Shown piece by piece: positions 38,057 through 48,330 of a stretch of DNA of 64,000 bases (the stretch's first letter is position 1; each line of letters starts with the position of its first letter). The position numbers and the translations under genes were made by a program. Source of the stretch: Desulfomonilia bacterium (GTDB lineage Bacteria > Desulfobacterota > Desulfomonilia > UBA1062); NCBI GenBank assembly GCA_963664325.2, contig CAXXDQ010000003.1, forward strand, positions 928,001 through 992,000, read 5' to 3'. A model generated the notes under the pieces. It was not told the origin of the DNA, did not search any database, and saw only the letters and a program-made list of their open reading frames with translations.

Positions 38057-39490
38057 ATGGATAAGGAAAAGATACTTAAAAATGCATCTTTCACAACTCG
38101 GGAAAATGTGAAGATCCTGAAGATAAAAGGATCACCCTATGAAATGGGCTACCAGCACGGCTTTCTGCTGGCGGATAAAATCAAGCTTATGGTTGAAAGA
38201 ACCCTTCTTGCCACGACGGCATATGTCGCAGCCCAGACAGGTGAGAACCTGAAAACCGCTGAAGACCTTATGCTGCTTGGCCAGAAAGCCGCCGAACCAT
38301 TTTTACCTCAGGAATTCATGTATGAGATGCAGGGTATTACGGATGGAGCCAACGATTCGGGCAGAACTGAAATCACCTTAAAACAGGTACTCCTCTGGAA
38401 TACCAATTATGATCAATGGTGCATATATTGCCATCCGCATTACTGGCAAGCCGATGGGAAGGCGCAGAAAAGAAGCTTAAGCAGAATCATGACCGGCTCT
38501 GGCGGTTGCAGCAGCTTCAGTGCCTGGGACGAATGGGCCGGCGGCGATGGCAAACTGATTTTCTGTAAGGATGAAGACAATTTTAATATGCCGTTCCAGC
38601 TGGAAAACCGCATGATGGTCATAGCTGATCCGGATGAGGGATACTCCCACATGTTTATGACCTACCCCGGAATGATAGGACTGGATGGCGGGTTCAGCGA
38701 CGCCGGACTCGAAATGATGACGCAACTCAACAGCATGAAAGATGAAACCATGGAGGGCTGCGGCATAGGTGTTTTTACACGCCTGCTGCTTACTCGTGCA
38801 GGCACGCTTGATGATGCGGTCAACATATTCAGGACTCATCCCAGATGTACCGGCATCGCTTATCATGTCGCTGATGCAAAAGAAAAAAAGGCTGCCATAA
38901 TAGAGACTTCATCTAAAATGGTTTGCGTTCGTTATCCTATGCAGAACACAAAAGCAATATGGCAAACCAATCACTCCAATTGTTATCCCGGCTGGATGGG
39001 TTACTCGGGATACAATATGGTTGCCGATCAGGCGCCGGTTAATGAATTGAAAGATATTTCAACAATTGAGAACTGGCAGAACGGCTTGAAGGATCCGTAT
39101 AATTTTTATGTACAGGCGCCCAGCCGCTTTGAACGTTACAGGCAACTGATTCACGACTATTATGGAAACATCACACCTGAGAATGCCATCAGAATCATGA
39201 GCGATCGGTTTGACCCCTATACAAATATGGAGCGGGCCAGGGAAATGCCTTCATGGACAAACAACATCCTTTGCACTATTTGCGCCGATTATCCCGATTT
39301 TTCATTTCAAGCCGCAGAACCTGTCGGAAAATTCAAGGCTCATATAGCCAACATGTGGAGTTTAATTGCCTACCCGGAAACAGGGGATTTCTGGCTGGCC
39401 ATAAATGATTTTCCTGCGCAATACGGCGGATATGTTAAATTCAACCTGAAAGAACTTCTGGCCTCTCTTAATAATTCGCCTGCTGCCTGA
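38057..39490 (+). CDS. C45 family autoproteolytic Ntn hydrolase/acyltransferase
   Basis: GSPYEMGYQHG, EMQGITDG, GG|CSSF putative cleavage site, TNH and SRFER. Confidence 0.75.
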   Translation: MDKEKILKNASFTTRENVKILKIKGSPYEMGYQHGFLLADKIKLMVERTLLATTAYVAAQTGENLKTAEDLMLLGQKAAEPFLPQEFMYEMQGITDGANDSGRTEITLKQVLLWNTNYDQWCIYCHPHYWQADGKAQKRSLSRIMTGSGGCSSFSAWDEWAGGDGKLIFCKDEDNFNMPFQLENRMMVIADPDEGYSHMFMTYPGMIGLDGGFSDAGLEMMTQLNSMKDETMEGCGIGVFTRLLLTRAGTLDDAVNIFRTHPRCTGIAYHVADAKEKKAAIIETSSKMVCVRYPMQNTKAIWQTNHSNCYPGWMGYSGYNMVADQAPVNELKDISTIENWQNGLKDPYNFYVQAPSRFERYRQLIHDYYGNITPENAIRIMSDRFDPYTNMERAREMPSWTNNILCTICADYPDFSFQAAEPVGKFKAHIANMWSLIAYPETGDFWLAINDFPAQYGGYVKFNLKELLASLNNSPAA

Positions 39491-39608
39491 AGCAAACCGG
39501 CATGACAGATGCAAGGAATTGAATATCCTTTCAAGGGAGCTGCTGCGGTTGGTGTTATTTGCATGAAGCGGCAGTGGTTCTGATCATATCTGAACTTGTT
39601 ATGAATCA

Positions 39609-41219
39609 TCAGACCGAGAATATCTGTTCATAGGTTTCTCTTTTCTTGAGGTATTCGATTGAGCCGTTTTCCATGACAAGAACCCTGGACGGCCTGGGAA
39701 AGGAATTCGTATTGGCGGCAAAAAACTGGGAATTGTAGGCCCCGGTGCAGCAGACAATCAAGATATCCCCCTTCTTCGGCCTGTGCTGAAGTTCCACTTT
39801 GCATTTTGCCAGCATGTCGCTTGAAAAGCAGAGCTGTCCGGCGATGAAGGTTTCGAAAGGCTGCTCATCCCTTGTGTTCAACTCGGTGGCCATCAGCCAG
39901 CGGTTGAATGGAATACCGGACATGGCTGCAGCAAAGTTTGTCTCTCCCATGTTAACGGTCGTCATATTATGCAGGCCGCCGATTTTTCTGATTCTGAGGA
40001 CTTTAGATAGTGTAACGCCGCTTTCTTCGGCTATGCTTCGTCCGGGTTCAATGACAAGGACCGGTTCGCCGATCTCCTTAAGTGCCGAAACCGTGTTGAT
40101 GCTCCGGCCTTCAATATTTATATTGCCGGAAAGGATGGCCTTCAGCATGCTTTCTTTGGCATACTCGCAGTAATATTCCTTTCCGGTGAAGTTCAGCTCT
40201 TTCTCCTTATCCTTTCTGGAGACGCTGAACCCGCCAAGCCCGCCGGCCCATGTCCAGATTGCGGACCTGTCGCCTTCAAGAGATTTGGAGTATCCGTACC
40301 TGATTTTATCAAGGACATGTTCCCATTGCTCCTTTGTCAGGTAGCTCACAGGATAGCCTCCGCCGATATTGATCATGCTGCATTTATGTCCGTTTGAAAT
40401 AAGGGCTTTGCTCAGTTCAACCAGTTTTCCCATTGCAAACAGGAACGGTTCAGGTCTGGTGACCTGCGAGCCGATATGTACGTGGAACCCCATGAACCTG
40501 ATATTTTCCCTCTTTTTAAGGGTTTCGAAGAACTCCGGGATGTCATTAATACTGCACCCGAATTTTGTCCATGATCCGGCTGTCGTAATGTGCGCGTTAA
40601 TTGTACCTCCTCCGTTAAGCCCGCTGATCCTGAGCATCACCCTGGGGAATTTCCCGAGGGAGGAAGCCATTTCGGAAACCATATGAAATTCTTCAATATC
40701 GTTTGCAATAATGAGCATGTCATTGGCGATGGCTGCAGCGATAAGCTCATCGGATTTTGCATTGCCGTTCACATCGATGCGTTCAGGACTGATGCCGCCG
40801 TCAAGGGCGCATCTGGCCTCATTATCTGAGGCGACATCGGCGCCCGCCCCTTCCTGCTTGAGAATCCTGAAGACACCCGGATGGGAGCAGGCCTTGGCCG
40901 CATAGCGTATTTCCGCATTTTTATACAGTTCCCTGAAGACCTGCTGGTAGGCCCTGATATTGCTCCTGATCTGTCCGGCATACTGGACATGCAGGGGCAT
41001 ACCATAATACTGGTCCCACCATGATACGGGATAGCCGGCGACATATGCCTGGGATTCCGACAGGTTTACAAAACCGGGACCGCCCGCAAAATCTGGACGA
41101 AAAAATTCGCTGTCTTTTTCGGCCGCCTGCACGGTGAAAATATCAGTTCCGATAAACCCGGAAGCCAGTGCTGCCGAGGCGGTCAGTTTGATAAAGTCAC
41201 GGCGTTTTATTTCCATCAT
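39609..41219 (-). CDS. Fold-type III PLP decarboxylase (diaminopimelate decarboxylase-like) with a twin-arginine signal peptide
   Basis: KRRDFIK plus a hydrophobic stretch and VQA; YAAKAC, HVHIGSQ, INIGGG, EPGRSI, GQLCFSSD and GAY. Confidence 0.82.
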   Translation of the reverse strand: MMEIKRRDFIKLTASAALASGFIGTDIFTVQAAEKDSEFFRPDFAGGPGFVNLSESQAYVAGYPVSWWDQYYGMPLHVQYAGQIRSNIRAYQQVFRELYKNAEIRYAAKACSHPGVFRILKQEGAGADVASDNEARCALDGGISPERIDVNGNAKSDELIAAAIANDMLIIANDIEEFHMVSEMASSLGKFPRVMLRISGLNGGGTINAHITTAGSWTKFGCSINDIPEFFETLKKRENIRFMGFHVHIGSQVTRPEPFLFAMGKLVELSKALISNGHKCSMINIGGGYPVSYLTKEQWEHVLDKIRYGYSKSLEGDRSAIWTWAGGLGGFSVSRKDKEKELNFTGKEYYCEYAKESMLKAILSGNINIEGRSINTVSALKEIGEPVLVIEPGRSIAEESGVTLSKVLRIRKIGGLHNMTTVNMGETNFAAAMSGIPFNRWLMATELNTRDEQPFETFIAGQLCFSSDMLAKCKVELQHRPKKGDILIVCCTGAYNSQFFAANTNSFPRPSRVLVMENGSIEYLKKRETYEQIFSV

Positions 41220-41414
41220 CAGTATCCCCTCCGCATACAATAAAAGCTATCTTAAGCCCGAGATGCAATCCTTTTTTTACCATATCCGGTTTTTCCTGGT
41301 GAAGGAAACAATATACTTGCAAGCAGTATTTAAATTATATTATTTTGATCCCCGTATTGTTTAACTGTCTGAGTTTTAATGTATGCAAAATATCTTACAT
41401 ATGAGGAGCAGCTC

Positions 41415-43679
41415 ATGAAAAGGTTTGTTGGCGGGGAAATTTTTATTCTGGCGTTGATTTTTTTCATGGCCGTTTCAGCCGGGTGTTCGAGCAGCTCATC
41501 TGATGATCTGAATGCCGGGGCCGATGGCAATACGACAAATCAGCCGGGTAACACAAACCCGGATGACGGTTCGAAAGCCCTTGTCCAGATAGAATCATAC
41601 CTGTCGCAGCTTGTATTTCCATATGATGAGACCAATTCGGAGCTTCTCGACGGCATATCGGATAAACTCGGCCGGATAAACATCGAGGATGAAACGCTTG
41701 TTAAGAACCTTGAATCGGAACTGGGGAAGCTTGTAGAAACGGAATATGAGGAAGGCTCGGCGGATTCCGCCAACCATGTGCTGGCAAGGTTTGAGGGCCT
41801 GCTTGATGAATCCCTGTTGCCTGATCCCGGTATTAATCCTGAACCTGTTCCGGTTGAAGGGCTTGATCCGGAAAAGGTGAGGGTCCTTCTTTCGGACGGC
41901 GTCACAAAAAAAGGCGCAACAGGTCCTGAACAGGAGATTATCCCGTATGCGGTCGTTTATGCCGTTTCAAATCCTGAATCAGATGATGCGCTAAGTTATC
42001 TCCTTGCAAAAAAGGTGAAAGGGGCGCTGGTACAGTTTTCATACAAAAATCCCGAGCTTGGTATCTTTGCCCGCTGGCACAAAATGGGCGAGCCTCTTCT
42101 GACAGACGGCGACGGCAAGGCCGTACAGACAGGCCTCTCAGCCTATCTTAACGATTCATGTTTTCCGACACTCCTTTTCCCAGGGCAGAAAGACATCCTG
42201 CTCAAGGCCGACGTAATCCTGCCTGAAAAGACTGTTACCGATCAAAATGCATTTATACGGGTGTTGAGCACATATGAGGATGGCAATCATGATGCTATAC
42301 TGACGGACCATGACAACACGCTTCATGAAACGGGCGGATCAAACACGGTAAACGATATAATAGATGCCGCCCACGTGCTTAAAAAGGAATGGCCCCTGAC
42401 GGACGCCTATGTGGAGAGTGAAGTAAAAGAATGGATAGCGGGGCACAATGACCTTGTAATAGTCTCAGGGCTTCCTCACCAGTTAAGGGGCAAGGCCAGG
42501 GAACAGATGGCGCTTCACTTTGGTGACAACCCGCGCCGCATTCCCATGATTCTTGAAAAGGACACTCCTTATAATGACATGAGAATGTTCAAAGCCGGAA
42601 TACTGAAAATCCTGAAAGGCCTGTACGGCTCCGCGCATATAAAGGCTATGGTCGGAGATACGGTAAGCCAGGACGGATACGGTGCTTTGGCAAACAGCGT
42701 GTTTTATGTGCCCTACAAAGTTAACTACAAGGCAAACCCGGACAGGCTCGATACTGACAGCTACGGGAAAATCGATCCCAATACGATTGCAATGAACTGG
42801 TCCGAGGTAATGGAAATGATAGAGACCGGGAGCATATCAAAAAAGAATTTCTGGATCCGCAGCAATGCATTCCTCAACATAGCGCACAGAGGAGGCGGTG
42901 AGCTTGCACCCGAAGACACGCTTACGGCTTACAGGAATGCCGTATCTGTTGGTGCTGATGCAATCGAGGGAGACTGCCACAGGACAAAGGACGGGGTCAT
43001 GGTTGTTTCGCATGATGCCACCGTCGACAGGTGTACTGACGGAACAGGTGCGATTGAAGACCTGACTTTTGCCGAGATACGTTTGCTTGATGCCGGTTAC
43101 CGGTATACGCCTGATAACGGTGCGACATATCCTTTCAGGGGCAAGGGCGTAAAAATACCGACGGTTGAAGAAGTCTTTCAGATGCTTACAACCGACCTTT
43201 CGGATGTGCCGATGATCCTTGAGATAAAGACGGAAAAGAACAGGGCGGAAGCTGTAGAATTTGTGCTTGATCTGATCCTGGAATATGACAAAGGAACGGG
43301 AGACCTTATCAACCGCCTTCAGATGGGAGCCTTCAATCAGGAGGCCCTTGATTATGTATACCAGATGGGTAAAGAGCGTAATATGGACCTTGTCAGGTGC
43401 TATTCAACGGAAGGCGTACTTCAATTTTTGACCAGACCCGTAAAGGAACTTCTCAGTCCTGATTATGTATCCCCGGGAGATGTCCTTGCACTGCCGTGGG
43501 CGCTTGTGACCCCGTCCGTGATGCAGAAGGCGCGCGAGACGGGCACCAATGCAAACGTCTGGACAGTGAATGATAAATTCCACATGAAATGGCTCAAGGA
43601 TGTCATGAAGGTCGACGGCATAATGACGGACAATCCGAGGCTTCTCGAAGAAGTGATAAGGGAAGACGCAGCAAAGTAA
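41415..43679 (+). CDS. Lipoprotein with a HAD-like phosphatase domain fused to a glycerophosphodiester phosphodiesterase
   Basis: Lipobox SAGC; HAD-like motifs TDHDNTL, IVSG and VGDTVSQD; GDPD motifs NIAHRGG, EGDCHRTKDG..VSHD, EIK, WTVND and DGIMTDNP. Confidence 0.8.
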   Translation: MKRFVGGEIFILALIFFMAVSAGCSSSSSDDLNAGADGNTTNQPGNTNPDDGSKALVQIESYLSQLVFPYDETNSELLDGISDKLGRINIEDETLVKNLESELGKLVETEYEEGSADSANHVLARFEGLLDESLLPDPGINPEPVPVEGLDPEKVRVLLSDGVTKKGATGPEQEIIPYAVVYAVSNPESDDALSYLLAKKVKGALVQFSYKNPELGIFARWHKMGEPLLTDGDGKAVQTGLSAYLNDSCFPTLLFPGQKDILLKADVILPEKTVTDQNAFIRVLSTYEDGNHDAILTDHDNTLHETGGSNTVNDIIDAAHVLKKEWPLTDAYVESEVKEWIAGHNDLVIVSGLPHQLRGKAREQMALHFGDNPRRIPMILEKDTPYNDMRMFKAGILKILKGLYGSAHIKAMVGDTVSQDGYGALANSVFYVPYKVNYKANPDRLDTDSYGKIDPNTIAMNWSEVMEMIETGSISKKNFWIRSNAFLNIAHRGGGELAPEDTLTAYRNAVSVGADAIEGDCHRTKDGVMVVSHDATVDRCTDGTGAIEDLTFAEIRLLDAGYRYTPDNGATYPFRGKGVKIPTVEEVFQMLTTDLSDVPMILEIKTEKNRAEAVEFVLDLILEYDKGTGDLINRLQMGAFNQEALDYVYQMGKERNMDLVRCYSTEGVLQFLTRPVKELLSPDYVSPGDVLALPWALVTPSVMQKARETGTNANVWTVNDKFHMKWLKDVMKVDGIMTDNPRLLEEVIREDAAK

Positions 43680-43692
43680 GAATGGAGGGAAA

Positions 43693-44097
43693 ATGAAATA
43701 TTTTACCGCCGAAGAGGCGAGGGCGTTCGCCGGGAAATGGCTCCCCGCATGGACGGGAAACAATCCCGGGCTGCTTGCCGGTTTCTATTCGGATGACGCC
43801 TTCTACCTCGACCCTGCAATCCCGCAGGGCATCAAGGGAAAAGAGGCCCTGATAAAATATTTCACTAAGCTCCTGCGCATAAACCCGGACTGGATATGGA
43901 CGCAGCTGGAGGGCATTCCGCTGAAGGACGGCTTTCTGAACAAGTGGCTCGCAAAAATTCCGGCAGGCGATAAGGTGCTGGAGATTGTCGGAGTTTGTTT
44001 TGTCCAGATAAACGATGAGGGGAAAATCTACAGGAATGAGGTCTATTTCGACAGATCGCCGCTTCTGGCCGAGCTTTCAAAACAGAGGGACAAATAG
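43693..44097 (+). CDS. NTF2/SnoaL-like protein
   Basis: W..AW, FYSDDAFYLDP, GIKGKEALIKYF and GKIYRNEVYFD. Confidence 0.8.
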   Translation: MKYFTAEEARAFAGKWLPAWTGNNPGLLAGFYSDDAFYLDPAIPQGIKGKEALIKYFTKLLRINPDWIWTQLEGIPLKDGFLNKWLAKIPAGDKVLEIVGVCFVQINDEGKIYRNEVYFDRSPLLAELSKQRDK

Positions 44098-44136
44098 AAA
44101 AAAGTCTTCACCTGAATTTTATAATCAGGGCGGCTT

Positions 44137-45849
44137 TTATCCGGAAAGCCACCTTCCGACATCATCAAAAAACTTGTCCGGCTGGGCCAGCGTGACCATG
44201 TGGCCCGATGCCCTGTAGCGAGGGAAGTATATCGGGCGCATGTCTGGTGTCTCCATATCCGGCAGTGATCCCGGCCTGTAGTAGACGTATATGTATCCGT
44301 CGTCTGTAGCGTCATCCCACACGACGTCTTCCACGATGTCCGTATATTCCTTTATGGAGTCCGGGAGAACTGCTGCGTATATGACGAGGTCCAGATCGCA
44401 GTCGCTGATGAAGGTATCGACAAGCGGCAGGTTTTCTAAGAAAAGCCTGCCATAGGTTTCATCCATCGGGTCTATCGGGTAGCCTGCATCTATCGCCCTG
44501 TTGTTATAGTATGTATTGTTGACGGCATCGTTGCAGCCGACAACGTAAGCGTCCCACGGATTAAGTGAGCCCAGCAGCATTTCGAGCGTATCCGTTGCCT
44601 CTTTCGGTCTTATTCCTTCGCTTCCCAGGGCCTTCAGCATTACCGTTTTTCTTATCCTCATCCTTTCCGCCGCAGGCAGCCTCTCAAACCCGACACTCTC
44701 AAGGACCGCCATTGCATCCCGGGATTCGCTTTCGATGTATCTGTACGCGTTGTTCCTCACCGAAGGTTTGAGAAGACGTATCGACAGGGCATCACGTCCC
44801 CATATATCGGAGAGGATGGATCCCCTGTCGACCATACCCCGGTTGTAGTCCGATATCCCCATCGTATAGCCATCATCCATGTCATACTGGTAGACGTCCC
44901 TTTTCGCAGTGTCCTCCACATAATCGAGCGCATTGTCGAAGGCGGTGCAGTCCGGCCTTCCATTGCACGGCGTGTACGTCGTGCCGGTGGCCTGTGCTAT
45001 GCCGAATATTAAGGAACCTTCTTTCTCGTATGCCTCGCCTGCAAGATCGTCCTGGTAATGCCCTGTGAGCAGCGGCTCGATCAGTATCTGGCTGCCGAAC
45101 TGTGAGGCGACGGCTTCAGGCGGGACGGTCCGGCCCTTACAGGAGGGGTCGATCTTCTCGAAGTGATTCTGTATCTCGGCTGAGAGCGCATCGTCTCTGT
45201 ATATCCTGCTCCCGTCGCCGTAACGGGTGTAGAAAAGCAGGAGGTTCAGCATGGTTTCGGCCCTTGTACCACCATAGCTTTCGCCGACGATTATCACCGG
45301 GTTGCTTTCGATTGCCGGGCGGTCGGCGAGAAATCGCAGCAGGACACGTGTCACCTGCGCTGCGTCAATGAACGGGTTGAAATTCCGGGCCTCGAATTCC
45401 GCTGTCCTCACATCCTTATTGTCTGCATATTTTACCAGGTTATATGAGAACCCGGTATTGGGCGCATCGATGTACAGCAGATTGCCGAGCCGGGTAAAGC
45501 TGTAGGGATTGGCTTTGATGCTGTCTGTCCGGTTTTTGTCAAGCGTGAAGGGGGCGGTATTGAGGCTCAGGAGCCCTGTGCATGTGGCGCAACCCGGCCC
45601 GCCGTTGAAGAACACGAAAAGGGGTTTTGTATCAGGCGTTTCATCAGCCGGGAAGAATGAATATGAAACCCGTATTCTCGAAGATGTGTAAGACAGCGTC
45701 GGGCCGTAGTTCTGAAAGCTGAAGTTTATCGGCCCGATCTCATAGAAACCGTTGTTTTGTGTGGCGGGCTGATTGTCAGAGCTGTCGCTGCAGGCGTACG
45801 AGATAAAGGAAACAGCAATCAAAAGGAAAACGAGCCTTACATATTTCAT
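44137..45849 (-). CDS. Lipoprotein, serine carboxypeptidase S10 family
   Basis: Lipobox SYAC, FNGGPGC, YIDAPNTGFSY, GESYGG and C-terminal GHMV. Confidence 0.8.
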   Translation of the reverse strand: MKYVRLVFLLIAVSFISYACSDSSDNQPATQNNGFYEIGPINFSFQNYGPTLSYTSSRIRVSYSFFPADETPDTKPLFVFFNGGPGCATCTGLLSLNTAPFTLDKNRTDSIKANPYSFTRLGNLLYIDAPNTGFSYNLVKYADNKDVRTAEFEARNFNPFIDAAQVTRVLLRFLADRPAIESNPVIIVGESYGGTRAETMLNLLLFYTRYGDGSRIYRDDALSAEIQNHFEKIDPSCKGRTVPPEAVASQFGSQILIEPLLTGHYQDDLAGEAYEKEGSLIFGIAQATGTTYTPCNGRPDCTAFDNALDYVEDTAKRDVYQYDMDDGYTMGISDYNRGMVDRGSILSDIWGRDALSIRLLKPSVRNNAYRYIESESRDAMAVLESVGFERLPAAERMRIRKTVMLKALGSEGIRPKEATDTLEMLLGSLNPWDAYVVGCNDAVNNTYYNNRAIDAGYPIDPMDETYGRLFLENLPLVDTFISDCDLDLVIYAAVLPDSIKEYTDIVEDVVWDDATDDGYIYVYYRPGSLPDMETPDMRPIYFPRYRASGHMVTLAQPDKFFDDVGRWLSG

Positions 45850-45879
45850 TTACGCACCCCCATTACCGATTGAACCGGA

Positions 45880-46683
45880 CTAATGCCTGTAAAGTCCGGA
45901 AAAGCTTATGCCGTTTTTCCCGGCGTTCACTTTTCCCAGAAGCTCTATGTGATCCCAGTATCTGCTGTCGGATGCCTGCATTTCCCAGCCTGAAAGCATA
46001 TCCGGATAGTGCCTCTTCATGACCTGTTTTACGCCAAGAAGACATGCGCCTCTCATGTTGAACGCCTCTATTGCCGTTTCATCGGCTATCCTGCTCAGTT
46101 TCATGAACAGTTTCTCCACGTCCGATATGCCCGGAAGGTACGGGCTTATAAAAGCCCATGTGCCGATGCCGCTGTCTTTCAGCCTTGCCAGAGCAGCAAG
46201 CCTTTTCGAAGGCAACGGCGCACAAGGCTCGAAATGCCTTCCAGCCCTGTCGTTAGTTGTCATGATGCTGAGACCGACACTGGCGTTTCTGAATCTTTTC
46301 AGGAGGTCGATATCACGGGTAACGAGATCGGATTTGGTCAGTATCTCGATGTTCACATCGTGGTCGAGAAGTATTTCAAGAAGCCTTCTGGTAATCCTGT
46401 ATTTCGCCTCTGCATACTGGTAGGCGTCAGTAACGCTTGAAAGCATGACGGTTCCCGTAACGGTTTTGCGTTTCAGTTTTTTTTCCAGAAGTTCAGGCGC
46501 GTTGATTTTAATGTCCAGGAACCTGCCCCAGGGCTCCGAATGGCCGGTGAACCTTCTCATGAAAGTCGCATAGCAGTAGACACAAGAATGCAGACACCCC
46601 GTGTACGGATTGATTGCCCAGGATATGCCCGGTATCCCTGATTTGTTCAAAATGGAAGAGGCAGACCTTTCAGTGATTGTCAT
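45880..46683 (-). CDS. Radical SAM protein, spore-photoproduct-lyase-like (Rv2578c-like) family
   Basis: INPYTGCLHSCVYCYA, SSVTDAYQ, LTKS and FEP. Confidence 0.85.
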   Translation of the reverse strand: MTITERSASSILNKSGIPGISWAINPYTGCLHSCVYCYATFMRRFTGHSEPWGRFLDIKINAPELLEKKLKRKTVTGTVMLSSVTDAYQYAEAKYRITRRLLEILLDHDVNIEILTKSDLVTRDIDLLKRFRNASVGLSIMTTNDRAGRHFEPCAPLPSKRLAALARLKDSGIGTWAFISPYLPGISDVEKLFMKLSRIADETAIEAFNMRGACLLGVKQVMKRHYPDMLSGWEMQASDSRYWDHIELLGKVNAGKNGISFSGLYRH

Positions 46684-46793
46684 GCTTCTGTAAGGGTATC
46701 ATAGTTCTGCAGGCGAAACACCTTGTTAATGGATGAAAAATTGTATAGAAAGACAGTATATAATTTATTTCATTTGAATAAGGAGGGATCAAA

Positions 46794-47648
46794 ATGGGAA
46801 GGCTTCTGGGTATCATACTCCAGATATTAATTGTTCTTGTCATAACGGAGGCACCTTGTGCAGCCCCGGCCGAAACCGAAAACTCCGAGGCAAAAGAACT
46901 CATAGAGACCAAAATGACCCCTGAAACATGGATGATCACTGCAACCGAGATCATAGGCATGCAGTGGGTTCCCGCTTATGACTCTTCCACAAACAGTGTG
47001 AAGAACCTTTACATGTCGTACAGGGTCGATGAGAAGGGCTATATTATTTATTCAAAGCTTGCATACACTACCGGTGATATTGTATTGGACAAGGCCCTTG
47101 AGGAATCGTTCAAGAAGATAGTGAAACTGCCTCCGCCTCCGAAAGAGCTGATGAAAAACAGGGCATATCGCGACTTTACGTTCACGAAGGGTGAATCCGT
47201 CAAGCAGAGAGGAACAGGGGTAGTCCATAAGAAGGAAACCTCAATGAATTATGAAAAAATCCAGTATTCGTCCGGGGGAAGAACACCTTTCTATTATAAG
47301 ACCGACAGATTCATGATGGCCATTTCCATAATCGAAGCGAATGAAGTAGTAAAGGTGGAGAGCATCAAAAGTGCGGATCTTAACATATGGAGCATGTCTG
47401 TCTTTGACAGCCTGGGAAAGGCGCTGCCGCCTTTGAATGACAACGGCAAAAAAAAGAAGGTGTCGGTTGTATATGAGTTCAACATTTCGGGATACGGCAT
47501 TATTACAGAAAGCAAAATGATAAAGGCAACGGACATGGCGAATGTTGACGTCATCCTTGACAGGATGCTCGGAAACGGCGGCAGGCTCAGTCCGCCTCCT
47601 GTAGCCGGGAAATATTATATAATGCTGGAGATGATTCTTAATTCCTGA
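46794..47648 (+). CDS. Exported protein with two TonB/TolA C-terminal-like domains
   Basis: N-terminal hydrophobic segment and two similar units: VDEKGYI..TTGDIVLDKA..LPPPP and ISGYGII..TDMANVDVI..LSPPP. Confidence 0.55.
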   Translation: MGRLLGIILQILIVLVITEAPCAAPAETENSEAKELIETKMTPETWMITATEIIGMQWVPAYDSSTNSVKNLYMSYRVDEKGYIIYSKLAYTTGDIVLDKALEESFKKIVKLPPPPKELMKNRAYRDFTFTKGESVKQRGTGVVHKKETSMNYEKIQYSSGGRTPFYYKTDRFMMAISIIEANEVVKVESIKSADLNIWSMSVFDSLGKALPPLNDNGKKKKVSVVYEFNISGYGIITESKMIKATDMANVDVILDRMLGNGGRLSPPPVAGKYYIMLEMILNS

Positions 47649-47847
47649 AGACAGCCGGACCGTCCCGGCCGTCTGCTGCAATTATTAGGGGCGGCGGTTT
47701 ACCGGCCGGATTAAATCCCTGCGGCTTTAATTATATCCTCCGGTATTTTTGTGATAGTGAAACAGTCACCGGAGCCTGGATTGTTTAATGGCCGTTTTAT
47801 ATAATGGCCCTGAAAATCCGGCTGGTTCAGATGAAAGGGGAAAGAAG

Positions 47848-48330
47848 ATGGAGGCAGGTTTCAGAACAGCAGGGCATGCGGACGCCGATCAAATCCTTAC
47901 TTATATGAAGATTTTCTATGCAGAGGACGGGTACGTCTATCGTCACGATGAGGCGGAATATAACCTGAGAAAATTCATCGACACTCCCGACTGGGGCCGG
48001 GTGTTTGTACTTGAAGCCGGTGAAGGCGGGATCGCCGGTTACATGGTGATCGTGTTCATCTGCAGTATGGAGCACCAGGGCCGGGACGCCTATATTGACG
48101 AATTGTACATATCCGAAGAGTTCAGGGGAAAGGGCTATGGAAGTGAAGGCCTTGACCTGGCCGAAAAGTTCTGCGCCGAGACCGGTATAAAGGCCTTGCA
48201 CCTTGAGGTGGAGAGGTACAAGGACCGGGCGGTCAGGCTTTATAAATCACGGGGTTTCTTTGACCGCGGCAGATTCCTGCTGACAAAATGGATCAGGAGG
48301 GAAGGCCGTTCAAATATTGTCGGCGGTTGA
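47848..48330 (+). CDS. GNAT N-acetyltransferase
   Basis: IDELYISEEFRGKGYG, LHLEV and LYKSRGF. Confidence 0.88.
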   Translation: MEAGFRTAGHADADQILTYMKIFYAEDGYVYRHDEAEYNLRKFIDTPDWGRVFVLEAGEGGIAGYMVIVFICSMEHQGRDAYIDELYISEEFRGKGYGSEGLDLAEKFCAETGIKALHLEVERYKDRAVRLYKSRGFFDRGRFLLTKWIRREGRSNIVGG

